Shown here piece after piece: positions 37,496 through 49,916 of a stretch of DNA of 55,041 bases. The stretch's first letter is position 1. Every line of letters begins with the position of its first letter. A model generated the notes under the pieces. The model saw only the letters and a list, made by a program, of their open reading frames with translations, was not told the origin of the DNA and did not search any database. This DNA comes from Macrostomum lignano (taxonomy: Eukaryota), in contig NIVC01000661.1 of the NCBI GenBank assembly GCA_002269645.1, positions 149,795 through 204,835 of the forward strand, in the 5' to 3' direction. Both the position numbers and the translations under genes were made by a program.

Positions 37496-38254
37496 GCTTC
37501 AGCACAAATAACCTGGAGTTTCAGCACAAACAGATTGATTAATCAAGAAAGTCAATTGACTCAGCGGCAGAAAATGCTCATAATAATTATTGATGAGCAG
37601 CAGCTATTGTTGCTGCAGCAGGACAAAGCAGCAGCAGGTTGAATTAATGAATATTTAGATCGAGATGGCATTCACAGTATAGAAATGATTAATATGGAGT
37701 TAAATACGGCATACATTCAGGCCGCACAATGAACCGAGCACGGCTGTGTGGCAGAGATAAGAGCAGCTAAAGAGCTTTCAGCCAATAAATTAGCTCCGGC
37801 AACCTGCTAGCTCGTAGATGCCTTGGACTGTATCTATGAGCTTCATCTTTTATGGCTGCTTCTCCCTCCCTTGTTGCCTGATCAGGGATTCGAGCCTTCC
37901 ACACACGCGATCCGGCCTTGATTATAATAGCTATTCTATTCGAAGCATTTCCAAGAGGCAATGTGCGCGTATCATATGCTGGCTAAGGAAGGATTAGAAT
38001 TACCCGGGATCGGATCGGTGCTCGAAGTCGCGGAAGTGGCCAGATTCGAATCTTCCAGACAGCCATTGCGCGACTTCCACTTCGGAAGTAATCGGGTGAC
38101 CCGAGAGCTATAATTTCTGACCGATTCTATTGTGAGGAACCTTATAGCCAGTGCAGAGGAGCTTGATGGGAAATTTGCGGGAAAAGATGGGTAGATGGAC
38201 GGGTAGGTTAGGTAGATAGGTATGTTAGGTATATATATAAGTGGGTTAGGTAGA

Positions 38255-38590
38255 TAGCTAGATTAGGTAGTTAGCTAGGTAGGTTAGGTACATAGCTAGG
38301 TAGGTTAGGTAGATAGCTAGGTAGGTTAGGTACATAGCTAGGTAGGTTAGGTACATAGCTAGGTAGGTTAGGTACATAGCTAGGTAGGTTAGGTACATAG
38401 CTAGGTAGGTTAGGTACATAGCTAGGTAGGTTAGGTACATAGCTAGGTAGGTTAGGTACATAGCTAGGTAGGTTAGGTACATAGCTAGGTAGGTTAGGTA
38501 CATAGCTAGGTAGGTTAGGTACATAGCTAGGTAGGTTAGGTACATAGCTAGGTAGGTTAGGTACATAGCTAGGTAGGTTAGGTAGCTAGA
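38255..38590. repeat. 21-bp minisatellite CTAGGTAGGTTAGGTACATAG
   Basis: Near-perfect tandem units. Confidence 0.96.
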
Positions 38591-39011
38591 TGGGTAGGCA
38601 AAGTAAATAAGTTCGTAGATTAGACGAAAATGCACACCGTTGATCAAGTTTTCGCTACAGATTGCTCATTGTGTATTAAAAAATGAATAGACAAAGCTTT
38701 CGTTGCGTTTGAGTTGTAGAGTACAGCCAGTTCCAGTGATATTAAGCTAATTGCAAGGCCTAAACAAAAAGTGTATTTAATGTTTGCCTCTTGTACCGGT
38801 TGGTCGGTCAGCAGCCACCACGCAAGAAAAAGTGAATTACAATGAAAATCTGTAGCGCGCGTCTTGAAATGCCTTAAAAGCGCAAAAGTATGCAACAATA
38901 TAAAGTACACTATGCCCTTTTAAATATAGATTGAAGAATGAAACTTCTAATGCAGATTTTAAAGCTTTATTGACAAATAAAAATCATGAAGGTTTCACTA
39001 CAGATCGTGAT

Positions 39012-39272
39012 TGTTTCATTACAGACACTGTATGTTTCATTACAGACACTATGTTTCATTACAGACACTGCATGTTTCATTACAGACACTATGTTTCATT
39101 ACAGACACTGCATGTTTCATTACAGACACTGCATGTTTCATTACAGACACTGTATGTTTCATTACAGACACTGTATGTTTCGTTACAGACACTGTATGTT
39201 TCATTACAGACACTGTATGTTTCGTTACAGACACTGTATGTTTCATTACAGACACTGTGTGTTTAATTACAG
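39012..39272. repeat. 21-bp minisatellite TGTTTCATTACAGACACTG(T/C)A
   Basis: Tandem units just beyond the LENG8 stop. Confidence 0.95.
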
Positions 39273-39422
39273 ATAAAATAACCTGAAAAAACTTCTCAAT
39301 GTCAGATTTTAATGATTCTTACGATTTAGGGTACAGGAACAGTTACCAAATTACTATAAATTATTCTTAGCGCAATAAAAATTATAGTAAAATCAATAAA
39401 ATAGGAGCTTGCATAACTTGGA

Positions 39423-42400
39423 TCACGCAGACGAGATGGCGGCGAGTGCGCAGACCCGACAGTCCAGGATGCCCTCTGCGCTGTCTATGGCCGCGGCTGG
39501 CACGCCAGAGGATGTCAGAAATTTCTGACAGGACTCGGCATCGACGAAACCCAGCTGGGATTGAAGATGGGACAGCGGCACGGAAGGGCGGTAGCTGCGG
39601 ACACGGGTTCGGGTTGCGCGAAATGGTATTGTGAGAGTTGCGGATCTGGGAGGCTGGCCCAGCAACTGGGGATCTGGGAGGCTGGCCCAGCAACTGGGGA
39701 TTGGGAGGCTGGCCCAGCAACTGGGGATCTGGGAGGCTGGCCCAGCAACTGAGGATCTAGGAGGCTGGCCCAGCAACTGGGGATCTAGGAGGCTGGCCCA
39801 GCAACTGGGGATCTGGGAGGCTGGCCCAGCAACTGGGGATCTGGGAGGCTGGCCCAGCAACTGAGGATCTGGGAGGCTGGCCCAGCAACTGGGGATCTGG
39901 GAGGCTGGCCCAGCAACTGGGGATCTGGGAGGCTGGCCCAGCAACTGGGGATTGGGAGGCTGGCCCAGCAACTGGGGATCTGGGAGGCTGGCCCAGCAAC
40001 TGAGGATCTAGGAGGCTGGCCCAGCAACTGGGGATCTAGGAGGCTGGCCCAGCAACTGGGGATCTGGGAGGCTGGCCCAGCAACTGAGGATCTGGGAGGC
40101 TGGCCCAGCAACTGGGGATCTGGGAGGCTGGCCCAGCAACTGAGGATCTGGGAGGCTGGCCCAGCAACTGGGGATCTGGGAGGCTGGCCCAGCAACTGAG
40201 GATCTGGGAGGCTGGCCCAGCAACTGGGGATCTGGGAGGCTGGCCCAGCAACTGAGGATCTGGGAGGCTGGCCCAGCAACTGGGGATCTGGGAGGCTGGC
40301 CCAGCAACTGGGGATTGGGAGGCTGGCCCAGCAACTGAGGATCTGGGAGGCTGGCCCAGCAACTGAGGATCCGGGAGAACCCATTCAACTGAGGATGTTG
40401 GAGAACCCAGCAACTCAAAAAGTCCCAAGAACTCACGCCTTAACCATAGCCTTGAGCGCTACCAGCCGCTCCCTATCAGCGAACCAGTCCACCAGCCTGC
40501 CGCACAGCGCAGGCGCACCGCTACTCAGCCGGAAGAACAGGCAGTAGTTGTTGGCTGACCAGGCCGAGCGCAGCTGCAGAGCAAATTTTACACATGGATC
40601 GCGGCGCCACTGCTTTGGCAAACGGCCGAGTGTGGTAGTGAGATCTGCCGATGGGGGGGGGAGAAGGCTCAGTCTAACTGCGGATGCACCATTTCTTTAA
40701 TAACTATATGCACACACTATTACTCACGAGTAGTGTCATTAGTAGACATAAAATAAAGCATTCTGTAGGCGGCAAATTCCGCCCATCTGCCCGGCACGCC
40801 TTCTTCGTAGAGGCTGCGCAGCTGCGAGCTGCACTGGTTGAACTCGGCCCGATCGCTGGCTGCCAGGGCGGCCTCCGCGTGGGCCTCGTAGACCCGAGCG
40901 GCCAGGCGGTCGCGGATGCCCTGCACTGTGAGGTCCTGCCGGATGGCCTTGAACTGCTCGCACACGGTCAGGTAGTCGGAGGTGCCGGATGCCAGCCTGT
41001 GGGAAAGTGCGCGGCGGGATTCGGCGAGTGCTCAACAAATTGGGTCAGTGTCTATGACCGAATGATCTCCAGTCCAGTGTCTATGACCGAATGATCTCCA
41101 GTCCAGTGTCTATGACCCAATATAAGGTCAGTCCTGCAGTCCGAGGCCCTACCGGACCGCCAGAGGGCGGCGCTGTTCCAGGCGGTGATCGAGACCGTCC
41201 TGTTATACAACGCCGAGAGCCGAGACCTGGACGCTGACAGACTCGCTCGAGGCTCAAGTCGACGCGGCGCACGCTGGCCTGCTGCGCGCCGCCTTCAAGA
41301 TCGGCAACGAGCGAGTCACCAACACGGCGCTCTATCATCGCGCCGGCCTGGCCCGTCCTAGCGATCTGCTGCGCCGTCGGCGACTCCAGCTGGCAGGCCA
41401 CGTCATCCGCGCCGAGGCCTACTGTCCGGAGCCGATGCAGGAGGTGCTGCTACTTACGTTGCAGGCACCCTACCGGCGGGGACAGGCGAGGACTCGGCGC
41501 TACGTCGACTGTCTGCTGGCTGACGCCGGCGCCCCGGACTCTGCCGGCGGTGCGGCTTTTGTTCGCGCCCAAGCTTTGAAGCGCGCCATCTGACGCTGCT
41601 TTTGTGAACTGGCAGCGTACTCTGTTGTTGTTGTTGTTGTTGTATGACCCAATGATCTCCAGTCCAGTGTCAAGACCGAATGATCTCCGGTGTTGATGAC
41701 CCAATGATCTCTAGTGTCTATGACCGAATGATCGTCAGTGCCTGTGACCCAATGATCTCCAGTCCAGTGTCTATGACCGAATGATCTCCAGTCCAGTGTC
41801 TATGACCGAATGACCTCCAGTGTCTCTGACCCAATGACCTCCAGTGTCTATCACCTAATGACCTCCAGTGGCTATGACCCAATGACCTCCAGTGTCTATA
41901 GCCTAATGACCTCCAGTGGCTATGACCCAATGATCTCCAGTGTCTATGACCGAATGACCTCCAGTGGCTATAACCGAATGACCTCCAGTGCTTATGACGC
42001 AATGATCTCCAGTGCTTATGACCCAATGACCTCCAGTGTCTCTGACCCAATGATCTCCAGTGCTTATGACCCAATGATCTCCAGTGTCAATGACCTTAAT
42101 GTCTATGACCCAATCAATGACCCAACGTTTTTGACTTGAAAAATCTCCCGTGACTATGATGACCCTCCCTCTACAACCTCGATACGACACCCCTCAGCTC
42201 ACCTGTCCATCTGCAGCTGCAGCGCCAACTCCAGCGTCTCCCTGGACCTTACAGTAGCCGGATCCGGCGCGCTGGTCAGCCTCAAATACTCTTTCTCCAG
42301 CTTAGTGCTGGTGCCGACAATTCTCAGCCGGCTGCAGTCCAGATCCAATTCCCCATCGCCAAGGACTCCGGCTGGAACTGGCGAAGCGACTAGCCGATCT

Positions 42401-43943
42401 CTACTCGTCGACAAAGGCGAAGCCTCCAGGCTGCCCAGATGATCGCGAAATCGTTCGCGTCGACGATCTAGGGTAGCAGCGCTGGCGCCTGGATCGACAC
42501 ACGCGCCGCCGGCGCCACCGCCTCGGCCGCGTCCTCGACCTCTGCCTCGACCTCGTCCGCGAGTTGATGCTCCGCGCTGTTGCTGCATCTGCTGATCCAT
42601 CGAGGCTGACGATGTAGACGAAGAATCGCTATCCTCTTCTATACTACTATCTTCATCGGCAGTAGCATCAGTAGCATCAGTACAATTATTTTCTGCTTTC
42701 TTATTCTGCAAGTTTACAATGCTGCTACTGCTGCTACTATTATTGCTGTCACTGCTGTCGCTATACAGAGACTGCTGCAGCAACAGTCGAAGCCGCTTCT
42801 TTTTCTTTTGCTTCCGCTGTTGAATTTGTTGCTGCTTTTGTTGCTGGGCGACGCTAGCAGTTGTTGTTGTTGTTGTTGCAGAAATTGGTCGCTTTTGCGC
42901 GGGAGCAGTTTGCTTGGTCTGTATATCAGGCTGCTGACTGAAATTCAATAGACAAATCTTTTTTAAATTCAATATTCTGTCTAACTGGGGCTTGAAGTAA
43001 AGGAAGTCAACTACAAAATACAAACATTGTGTTTGGCACCGAATCCGGGACTCGAACCAGCGGCTCTGTGCTCCAATCAATCGAACTGACGAGATTGGCG
43101 TCGAATATTGGCGTGATCTTGGCCTTTAGCAGCTGCTCCAACTGCTCATGGCGACTGGGGTCAGCCTCGGAAATGTACACACGTTCGATGTACTCCCTGG
43201 GGACGGGCATGGGGGTTGGATACTGGATAGTGGGTATGGGGTATTGGATAGTGGGTATGGGGTATTGGATAGTGGGTATCTGGTATTGGATAATGGGTAT
43301 GGGGTATTGGATGATAGGTATCTGGTATTGGATAGTGGGTATGGGGTATTAGATAGTGGGTATGGGGTATTGGATAGTGGGTATCTGGTATTGGATAATG
43401 GGTATGGGGTATTGGATGATAGGTATCTGGTATTGGATAGTGGGTATGGGGTATTAGATAGTGGGTATGGGGTATTGGATAGTGGGTATTCGGTATTGGA
43501 TAGTGGGTATGGGCCCCACCAGATACCCACTATTCAATATCAGATACCCACTATCCAATACCGGGTATCTGGTATTGAATAGTGGGCATCTGGATATAAT
43601 AGTAATAGCTATGGCAAAATTCTTGAATCATTATGCCCATACTATTTCAATGGACTAATAACCACTTAGCATCTACTTACCAAAGATCTGGTGGCCAAGA
43701 AGTGGGATCAGTGAGAGATACTACAGTCTTAGCAGGCTTTGGCACTGCCTGCAGAGTCTGCGGCAGAGATGATGAGCACTGAGATGCAGACTGGCAGGTC
43801 TGAAATTGGTCAGTTGCTGCAGATGCAGCAGCATAGCCAATTACCATTGGTGCAGTCACTTGAGATGAGGGGGCAGGTGGTGTACAGGTAGGCAAAGGGG
43901 GTGGAACTGGGGGAGGGTATTTTGGCAAGGGTGGAGGTTTCAT
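39423..43943 (-). CDS. LENG8: LENG8/THP3-like SAC3/GANP PCI-domain protein, about 605 aa; exons 43681-43943, 43026-43196, 42203-42937, 40728-40996, 40437-40644, 39423-39594
   Basis: Motifs WPPDLW/EYIERV...IDWSTEPL, IVGTSTKLEKEYLRLTSAPDPATVR, CEQFKAIRQDLTVQGIR...EFNQC...AEFAAYRMLY, DPCVKFALQLRSAW...DWFADRERLVALKAMVKA/YRP match LENG8 in order. Six GT-AG-bounded exons have consistent phases. The ATG sits directly after an acceptor, so a further 5' exon is possible. Confidence 0.93.
39643..40375. repeat. 28-bp minisatellite GGATCTGGGAGGCTGGCCCAGCAACTG(G/A)
   Basis: Fills the last LENG8 intron. Confidence 0.97.
41043..42125. repeat. 24/29-bp minisatellite CCAGTGTCTATGACC(C/G)AATGATCT, interrupted by the RTE insertion
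   Basis: Units on both sides of 41122-41643, in LENG8 intron 40997-42202. Confidence 0.92.
41122..41643 (+). mobile_element. 5'-truncated RTE-clade non-LTR retrotransposon in LENG8 intron, antisense to the gene
   Basis: 41140-41593 encodes LFQAVIETVLLYNAETWTLT...VTNTALY...LRRRRLQLAGHVIR, the typical RTE C-terminus, broken by a 7-bp duplication GCCGAGA. It has a 3' hairpin ACGCTGC/GCAGCGT, a (TGT)7 tail and candidate TSD TATGACCCAAT (41111-41121, 41643-41653). Confidence 0.88.
43210..43580. repeat. 21-bp minisatellite GTATTGGATAGTGGGTATGGG
   Basis: Fills LENG8 intron 43197-43680. The last units at about 43518-43562 are inverted. Confidence 0.93.
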
Positions 43944-44057
43944 CTGCAAGAGATAAATTTAATTATGGATATGTAAGTAATGTTTGAGTGCAGTTAGTAA
44001 AAACCAAGGACTAATTAGAAGTTTGAAATGCTGCCTATATATCAAGTTTAATATATA

Positions 44058-44394
44058 TTTTTTTTATTAGAGGCAGGGGGGTTGTGTGCACCCTGTCGCA
44101 ATTGGCACACAACTGGCAAGAGGCATTGCTGCCCATTCCGCCAACTCCCTTGAGCAGGCATACAAGCATGTGGATATGTATGCAGGCACACACTCACACA
44201 GGAGTGTACAGCGGCCCTAACTTTATATTATCGTTAGGAATGTACACTTCACTGCACCTTGGGGGGTTGGCTCTCACAAGCAGAGCCAAGCCAAGATTCC
44301 AATTCAGCCCCAAATTAATGTGACTGCACTTGGAATCAAGCCTGGGTTGCTGGCATACCAGAGCCAGCACTAGACCGCTGGGCTATGACCCCCC
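44058..44394 (-). mobile_element. tRNA-derived SINE-like element
   Basis: Minus strand begins GGGGGGTCATAGCCCAGCGG (A box), has a degenerate B box GGCTTGATTCC and ends in AATAAAAAAAA. It is GC-rich relative to its AT-rich flanks. Confidence 0.5.
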
Positions 44395-46254
44395 ATTAGT
44401 TTAATATATTTAGCATTTGTATTAATGTCAATATAAATATATTGATTATAATATAGTTGCCAAGGCATATCAAATTATTCATAAAATGAATCATAAAATC
44501 ATAGTAACACTTTTGCTATTGAATCATTTGGTAATCTGCCAGTTTTTTGCAACTATTTTCAAGTTTAAATCAATCACACAATATAATGTTACATCACAAA
44601 ACTTTGTCTATGGCTAAAAGGGATATGAAATAATATTAGAAAGTGTTTTATAGCTCTATTCAGTACTCTATTAAATAGCTCTATCTAAAAATACTATTCT
44701 ATCTATTGCTTTATCTATCATTCCATTGTTACTTTTACTACCTTATCTATTGATCTATTTATTGGTATAGCAATTGCTCTATTTACTTTTCTATCTAGTG
44801 TCCTATGTCCTATTTAGTGCTCAAAGGTATTATATTATAACATTGATTCTAACTTGAAAGTAATATTATAAAAATAAACTAGAAAACTGTCAATATTTTT
44901 GATATTTTAAAATATTTTTACATCTTTTTTAAATTTTAGTAGGGCTTAGGCTTACTAAATTTTTAATAAAAATAAGTTTCAAAAATGCTTTGGGGTTAGA
45001 TGTAATAAAAAACTTAATGCTAGGACAACTAAAATATTATCAGAGATCTAAATATTAATTATTAAACTAAGTCTAAGATTTTGTGATTAAGGATCCCGAT
45101 CAATATTAGGTTCTAGATAATTAAAGTAATTCTTTCATTTCATTGTTATTGTTAAATTCCTTTATTGAGCTAGTAATCTATATATAGTTTATATGCATAT
45201 TTAGGCCTAACTTATATATTTTACAATATACATGCCCAACATCCTTCTGACCCATCCCAACTAGAAGTATTAAGACTAAGATGGCCATATACCAAGATGG
45301 CTACAACATTATAACATTAAGCTATTATATATATCTTTCTATACAATTGTAGCACTAGATGGATGGCTGTTATGAATGCAAATAAAGCACTACGTAGGGC
45401 CTAAATAGCCACTAAACACATAATTATAATACTAGGTGCATAGCTACTGTGCATGCAACAAGCTCTCCAATGCAAAAATGGGATGAATATAAACAAAATA
45501 TTTATTTCATTCTAGGCTATTTGTTTTATTTAGTTTAGTAGATTAGATAAATATCTATTGGACATAGCATATGACATGATCAGAAAATAGGCACAGAAAA
45601 TAATTGTACCTCCAAAAAATTAGAAGAAAAAAAGAAAAGGAAGAGAAAAGGAAAAGAAATGAGGGAAAAGAGAAAGACAAAGAGAGGAAAGAGGAGAAAG
45701 AAAGAGAAAGTGAAAAAAAGAGAAAAAAGCAAAAAAGTAATATAATATACAAAGTAAAAATTAAGTTGTAATTGAGGGAACTGTCATAATTGGGAGGAAC
45801 TAAGTCACAAATCTGGACAAAACTAACTTGTACTAGATGGGTGGAATTTTGAAGTTGGGCATATATGTTTTAAAATAAGATTTAAAAAATTATAGCTAGA
45901 AAATTTCAGATTCTGTCAAGAATAAAAGCTAGTTATAGTTGATAGACTGATCAAGTAATATATCATATGACATAACAGAAAAAATGTAAGCAAAAACAAT
46001 TATTACAATAAACTTTTATAATACTAAATACTAAAAGGGCCTATAATTATTTTTAAAACAACTCAAAAAAAGTTAATAGCTATTAGCTATTAATAAAACC
46101 ATATAATTAAGATATAATCACAATCTGCACATATGAGTAGGCCTTATATGTATCATAGCAATAATATTATTATTATTACTAGTCACAATTAAAAATTAAT
46201 AGCAGCACAAATTTTTCCTAATTTGATAGGCCTATCATTTGAACTATAATTTTT

Positions 46255-46880
46255 GGCAGTGCTTATCCCCACGGTACCGTAGGAATAATTTCTGTCTTAT
46301 TCCAACGGTACCGTGGGGATAATTTCTGTCTTATTCCAACGGTACCGTGGGGATAATTTTCTGCTTATCCGCACGGCACATTGACGAGATAGCTGCCCCA
46401 TCTTCTACATATGCCGTGGGAATAATTTTCTGCTTATCCGCACGGGTGAATTGTTGAAGCAATGCAATAATCTGTACAGACAAATTGAGAATTTACATGT
46501 CTAGTAAGAAGTCTACAGAAGCAGCGGCAATGGACTTTTCGGGGATGTCGGGATTAGACTAGTTGCTAAAAGTTCTTAAATTGTAAACAATTACTAGAGC
46601 AATTCTTCTTAATCATACTTCATAAATACAAAAAAGTGTTTTTTTGCGTTAAAAGGCCATTAAATCTTTACTTCTAAAAAAATAATGGCCAAGCAAAGTT
46701 ATGTTGTTATACTGCACTCAAACCGTAAGTACTAAACTAAATTATGAACCCACGGCATATGTAGAAGATGGGGCAGCTATCTCGTCAGTGTGCCGTGCGG
46801 ATAAGCAGAAAATTATCCCCACGGTACCGTTGGAATAAGACAGAAATTATTCCTACGGTACCGTGGGGATAAGCACTGCC
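46255..46880. mobile_element. Non-autonomous Mutator-like (MULE) MITE, 626 bp
   Basis: TIRs of about 132 bp start GGCAGTGCTTATCCCCACGGTACCG (46255-46420, including an extra 34-bp unit, and 46749-46880), with one mismatch seen. Perfect 9-bp TSD ATAATTTTT at 46246-46254 and 46881-46889. No ORF. Confidence 0.9.
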
Positions 46881-49800
46881 ATAATTTTTAGAAAAGTAGT
46901 AGGCCAGCGCCTATTTTTATAAAATAATTTTAAAAGTGCATGTAATGAGCAGCTTTATTTGGAGGCATTGGACTCGACACTTAAGCAAATTTAAACAATT
47001 ATTTTTACAAAGTAATAGGCCTACTTAAACATCGATACATTTTTATTGGAAGACAAATTTGATTTTTTGCAGCATTAGATTCAAATGCAAATTGCTTGTT
47101 ATAAAGCTTGTATTCAATACTAAATTTAAATTTAATCCCATACAGTAATGCTGGGCTAAATAAAAAGATAAATAACTTTTAGGCTTTTAAATAATCAATA
47201 TTTACAATATAAAGTTAAAAAATATACTTTTTATTATGCTTTCAAGTTGTTATATTATTAGAGCTTTGTTATACCAACTAATTTTCTGCGTTAATATTAG
47301 GCTGAAAATATTTAAACGTTTAGATTCAACTGTTCGCCGAAAATTTATATATTAATAATAAAAGAATGCTAGCTGTTGTTCCATTTAGGACTCGACTGTC
47401 ATACAATTTAATTATTTTATGAGTCTATGCCTGGAAAAGTGGTTGTAGTTGTAGCTGCGACTGGCCGCTTCGTCCCGTCTGCTGTCGGTTGTGCTAGTCT
47501 GTAATATTTTTGTACATATTGCCTATTGGTACTACACGAGTGCACATATGACAAGCCAGATAAAATTTTGATAATATTAATATAATAAAAGAAAAATGAA
47601 GCCAAGGATCTCACTCACCTGATATATAAATTGGCCTACAGGCTCTAAACTACAGTATAGTTTAAAAAGGGCTCAGGGCTGGGCAATTTAATATATAATT
47701 TTATAACTAAATAAAAAATAAGACATCATTATTTCTAATTGCAGTTGCAGATAAAGCCAAAAAGTTAGCATGAAATCCATAGATGGTAGACCAGACCTTT
47801 GCTGAACACTTAACCTTAAATTATAAATGTAATTAATAATAATATATTTTAAGCCCTATTTTAAATTTAATGTTAATCTAAATTTAATTTTTATATTTTT
47901 AATATTATCAAGACTCTAGACTAGGTAGTCATATCAGATTCTAAATCTAGAGTCTAGTCAGATTTTCAAGGTTGTTTTTTGTATTTTGTTATAAATTCAA
48001 TGTGATAGGCTAGCCTAATAGATAGCCTAAATCTCATGATTTATAAAGGGCCTAGGCCTAGGCTTAATTTTGATAATGGTTAGGCCTATTAACTTTTATT
48101 TTAGTTTTATAACTTTAAAAAATGTCTAAACTAGGCCTATCTTAAAATATTTAGTATTTTATCATGTATGTTGCTTATTACTACTATTAGGTACTGTTTC
48201 TAATCATTGTCATCTTATAGCTATGCCTATATTATAGGCCTAACTGCAACTATAAAAGATTATTTATGAAATAAAAAATAGTTAATTAGATAGACATGCT
48301 TATTCCCATGGTCCCATATCAATAATTCCAATTTTATTCATATAGATATATCAATATATTTTAGCTTATCCTCATAGGAGCTTATTGAAATAGCTGCTAC
48401 CATTCAAGTCTATAGGCTATGTCAATATAGATATAGATATGACAACATATGACTAACACTCAAAACAAAAACATATAATAGGCCTAGGCCTAGTAGAAAA
48501 TATAAAACTACATACAGCATGCATGCTAACAAACTATATGTATTTATGTAACACTAGATAGGCCTACAAAAGAACTAAAGGGGTCCCATCCTTGAACAAA
48601 TGTATTTTAAGGTTCTCTATTCTAATAAGCTACCATAGGGATAAGCTAAAAATTAATTGACATGGATCTGTGTGAATAAAATTAGAATTATTGACACTGC
48701 CTATAGACTTGAATAGTGGTAGCTATTTTAATAAGTTGCTATGAAGATAAGCTTAAAATTATCAATATAGATCTGTGTGAATAAAATTAGAATTATTGGC
48801 ACCGGACCACAGGCCACAGGTACAAGCATTTCCTAGGCCTAATTAAAATTAATATCTTAGAAAAACTTTTATGTTACAATTTACTTTTTTGTTCAATTAT
48901 AAGAATATAAGAGCCTTTGTTTTTGTTATTATCATACTTTTTATTAAATTTATCTTAATGTTATTATGTCAATAAAAGCCAAGTAAATTTTTTTCTTTAT
49001 GAAAATATGTATTTTCTTCTTTCTGATTTATATATATGTATTAAATTTTATTTTATAAAAGTGCACCACTAAGTTACTTATTTGCAAAAAGCCTTTTTAT
49101 TCAAATTAACTATTCTATACATATTGGCAAGTCTTAGGAAGCTCATAGAAAAAATTATTATTAATTGCCCATAATGGCAAATGTTATAAGCTATGTTTTC
49201 AAAGACTGATTTTATAAATAAACATTTGCATTGAATATGGATTAAGGTATAACTACTACTACTAGTTGATAGAAAAAAATTACTAGTATATTAAGGCTAA
49301 GAGTCCAGAAGCTATATATATAGTTATTCAAAAAACATTGCATTCTTTGTTGGCTCCCCAGTGGGAATGCTAATTAATAGTATAAATCAAATGAAAGAGA
49401 AATATCATAGTTGTTATAAAAAGACATCAAAGTTAAAACATATAAATAAATCTATCTTTTAAGTGAAGTTAGAACTAGAATGTTTGCAGAGTGTAAACTA
49501 GAGTCTTAACCTATGTTAATATGTATATTTATTTATCTAGCTGTTAGAAAACATATAAATATACTAGTCAAACCAAAACTTGTTACGGATAACATAATCT
49601 GTAATGCATATTTATCTATTTATTGTTATTTGCCATTGTAATTCATTAATTGATTGTGTGATCTCTCTGCATAATGCATTGCCATACTGAGACAATCTGA
49701 TTTTTTAAACCATCTTGTGACAAATTGTATTATGCAGATAATCACACACTCTTAATGATAAAGCAGCAATCCCTGACCCCAACATTCTATTATAACAGTT

Positions 49801-49916
49801 TCTTAAGGACAGTTTTCTAGATTCTAAGTATTGCCACATAACTCTAATTTGAGTTTCAGTGATTTTTTCAATTATATTGTGGAAAGACTTGTACATAACT
49901 AGTCAGGATTTCTGTC

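Noticed and set aside
43040-43075. B-box-like GGTTCGAGTCC on the minus strand
   Set aside because: Lies inside a LENG8 coding exon (LVRVPDS) with no A box or cloverleaf.
47417-47614. Minus-strand 65-aa ORF as LENG8 coding exon 1
   Set aside because: No LENG8 similarity and only a GC donor candidate. It may be 5' UTR, but I cannot support it.
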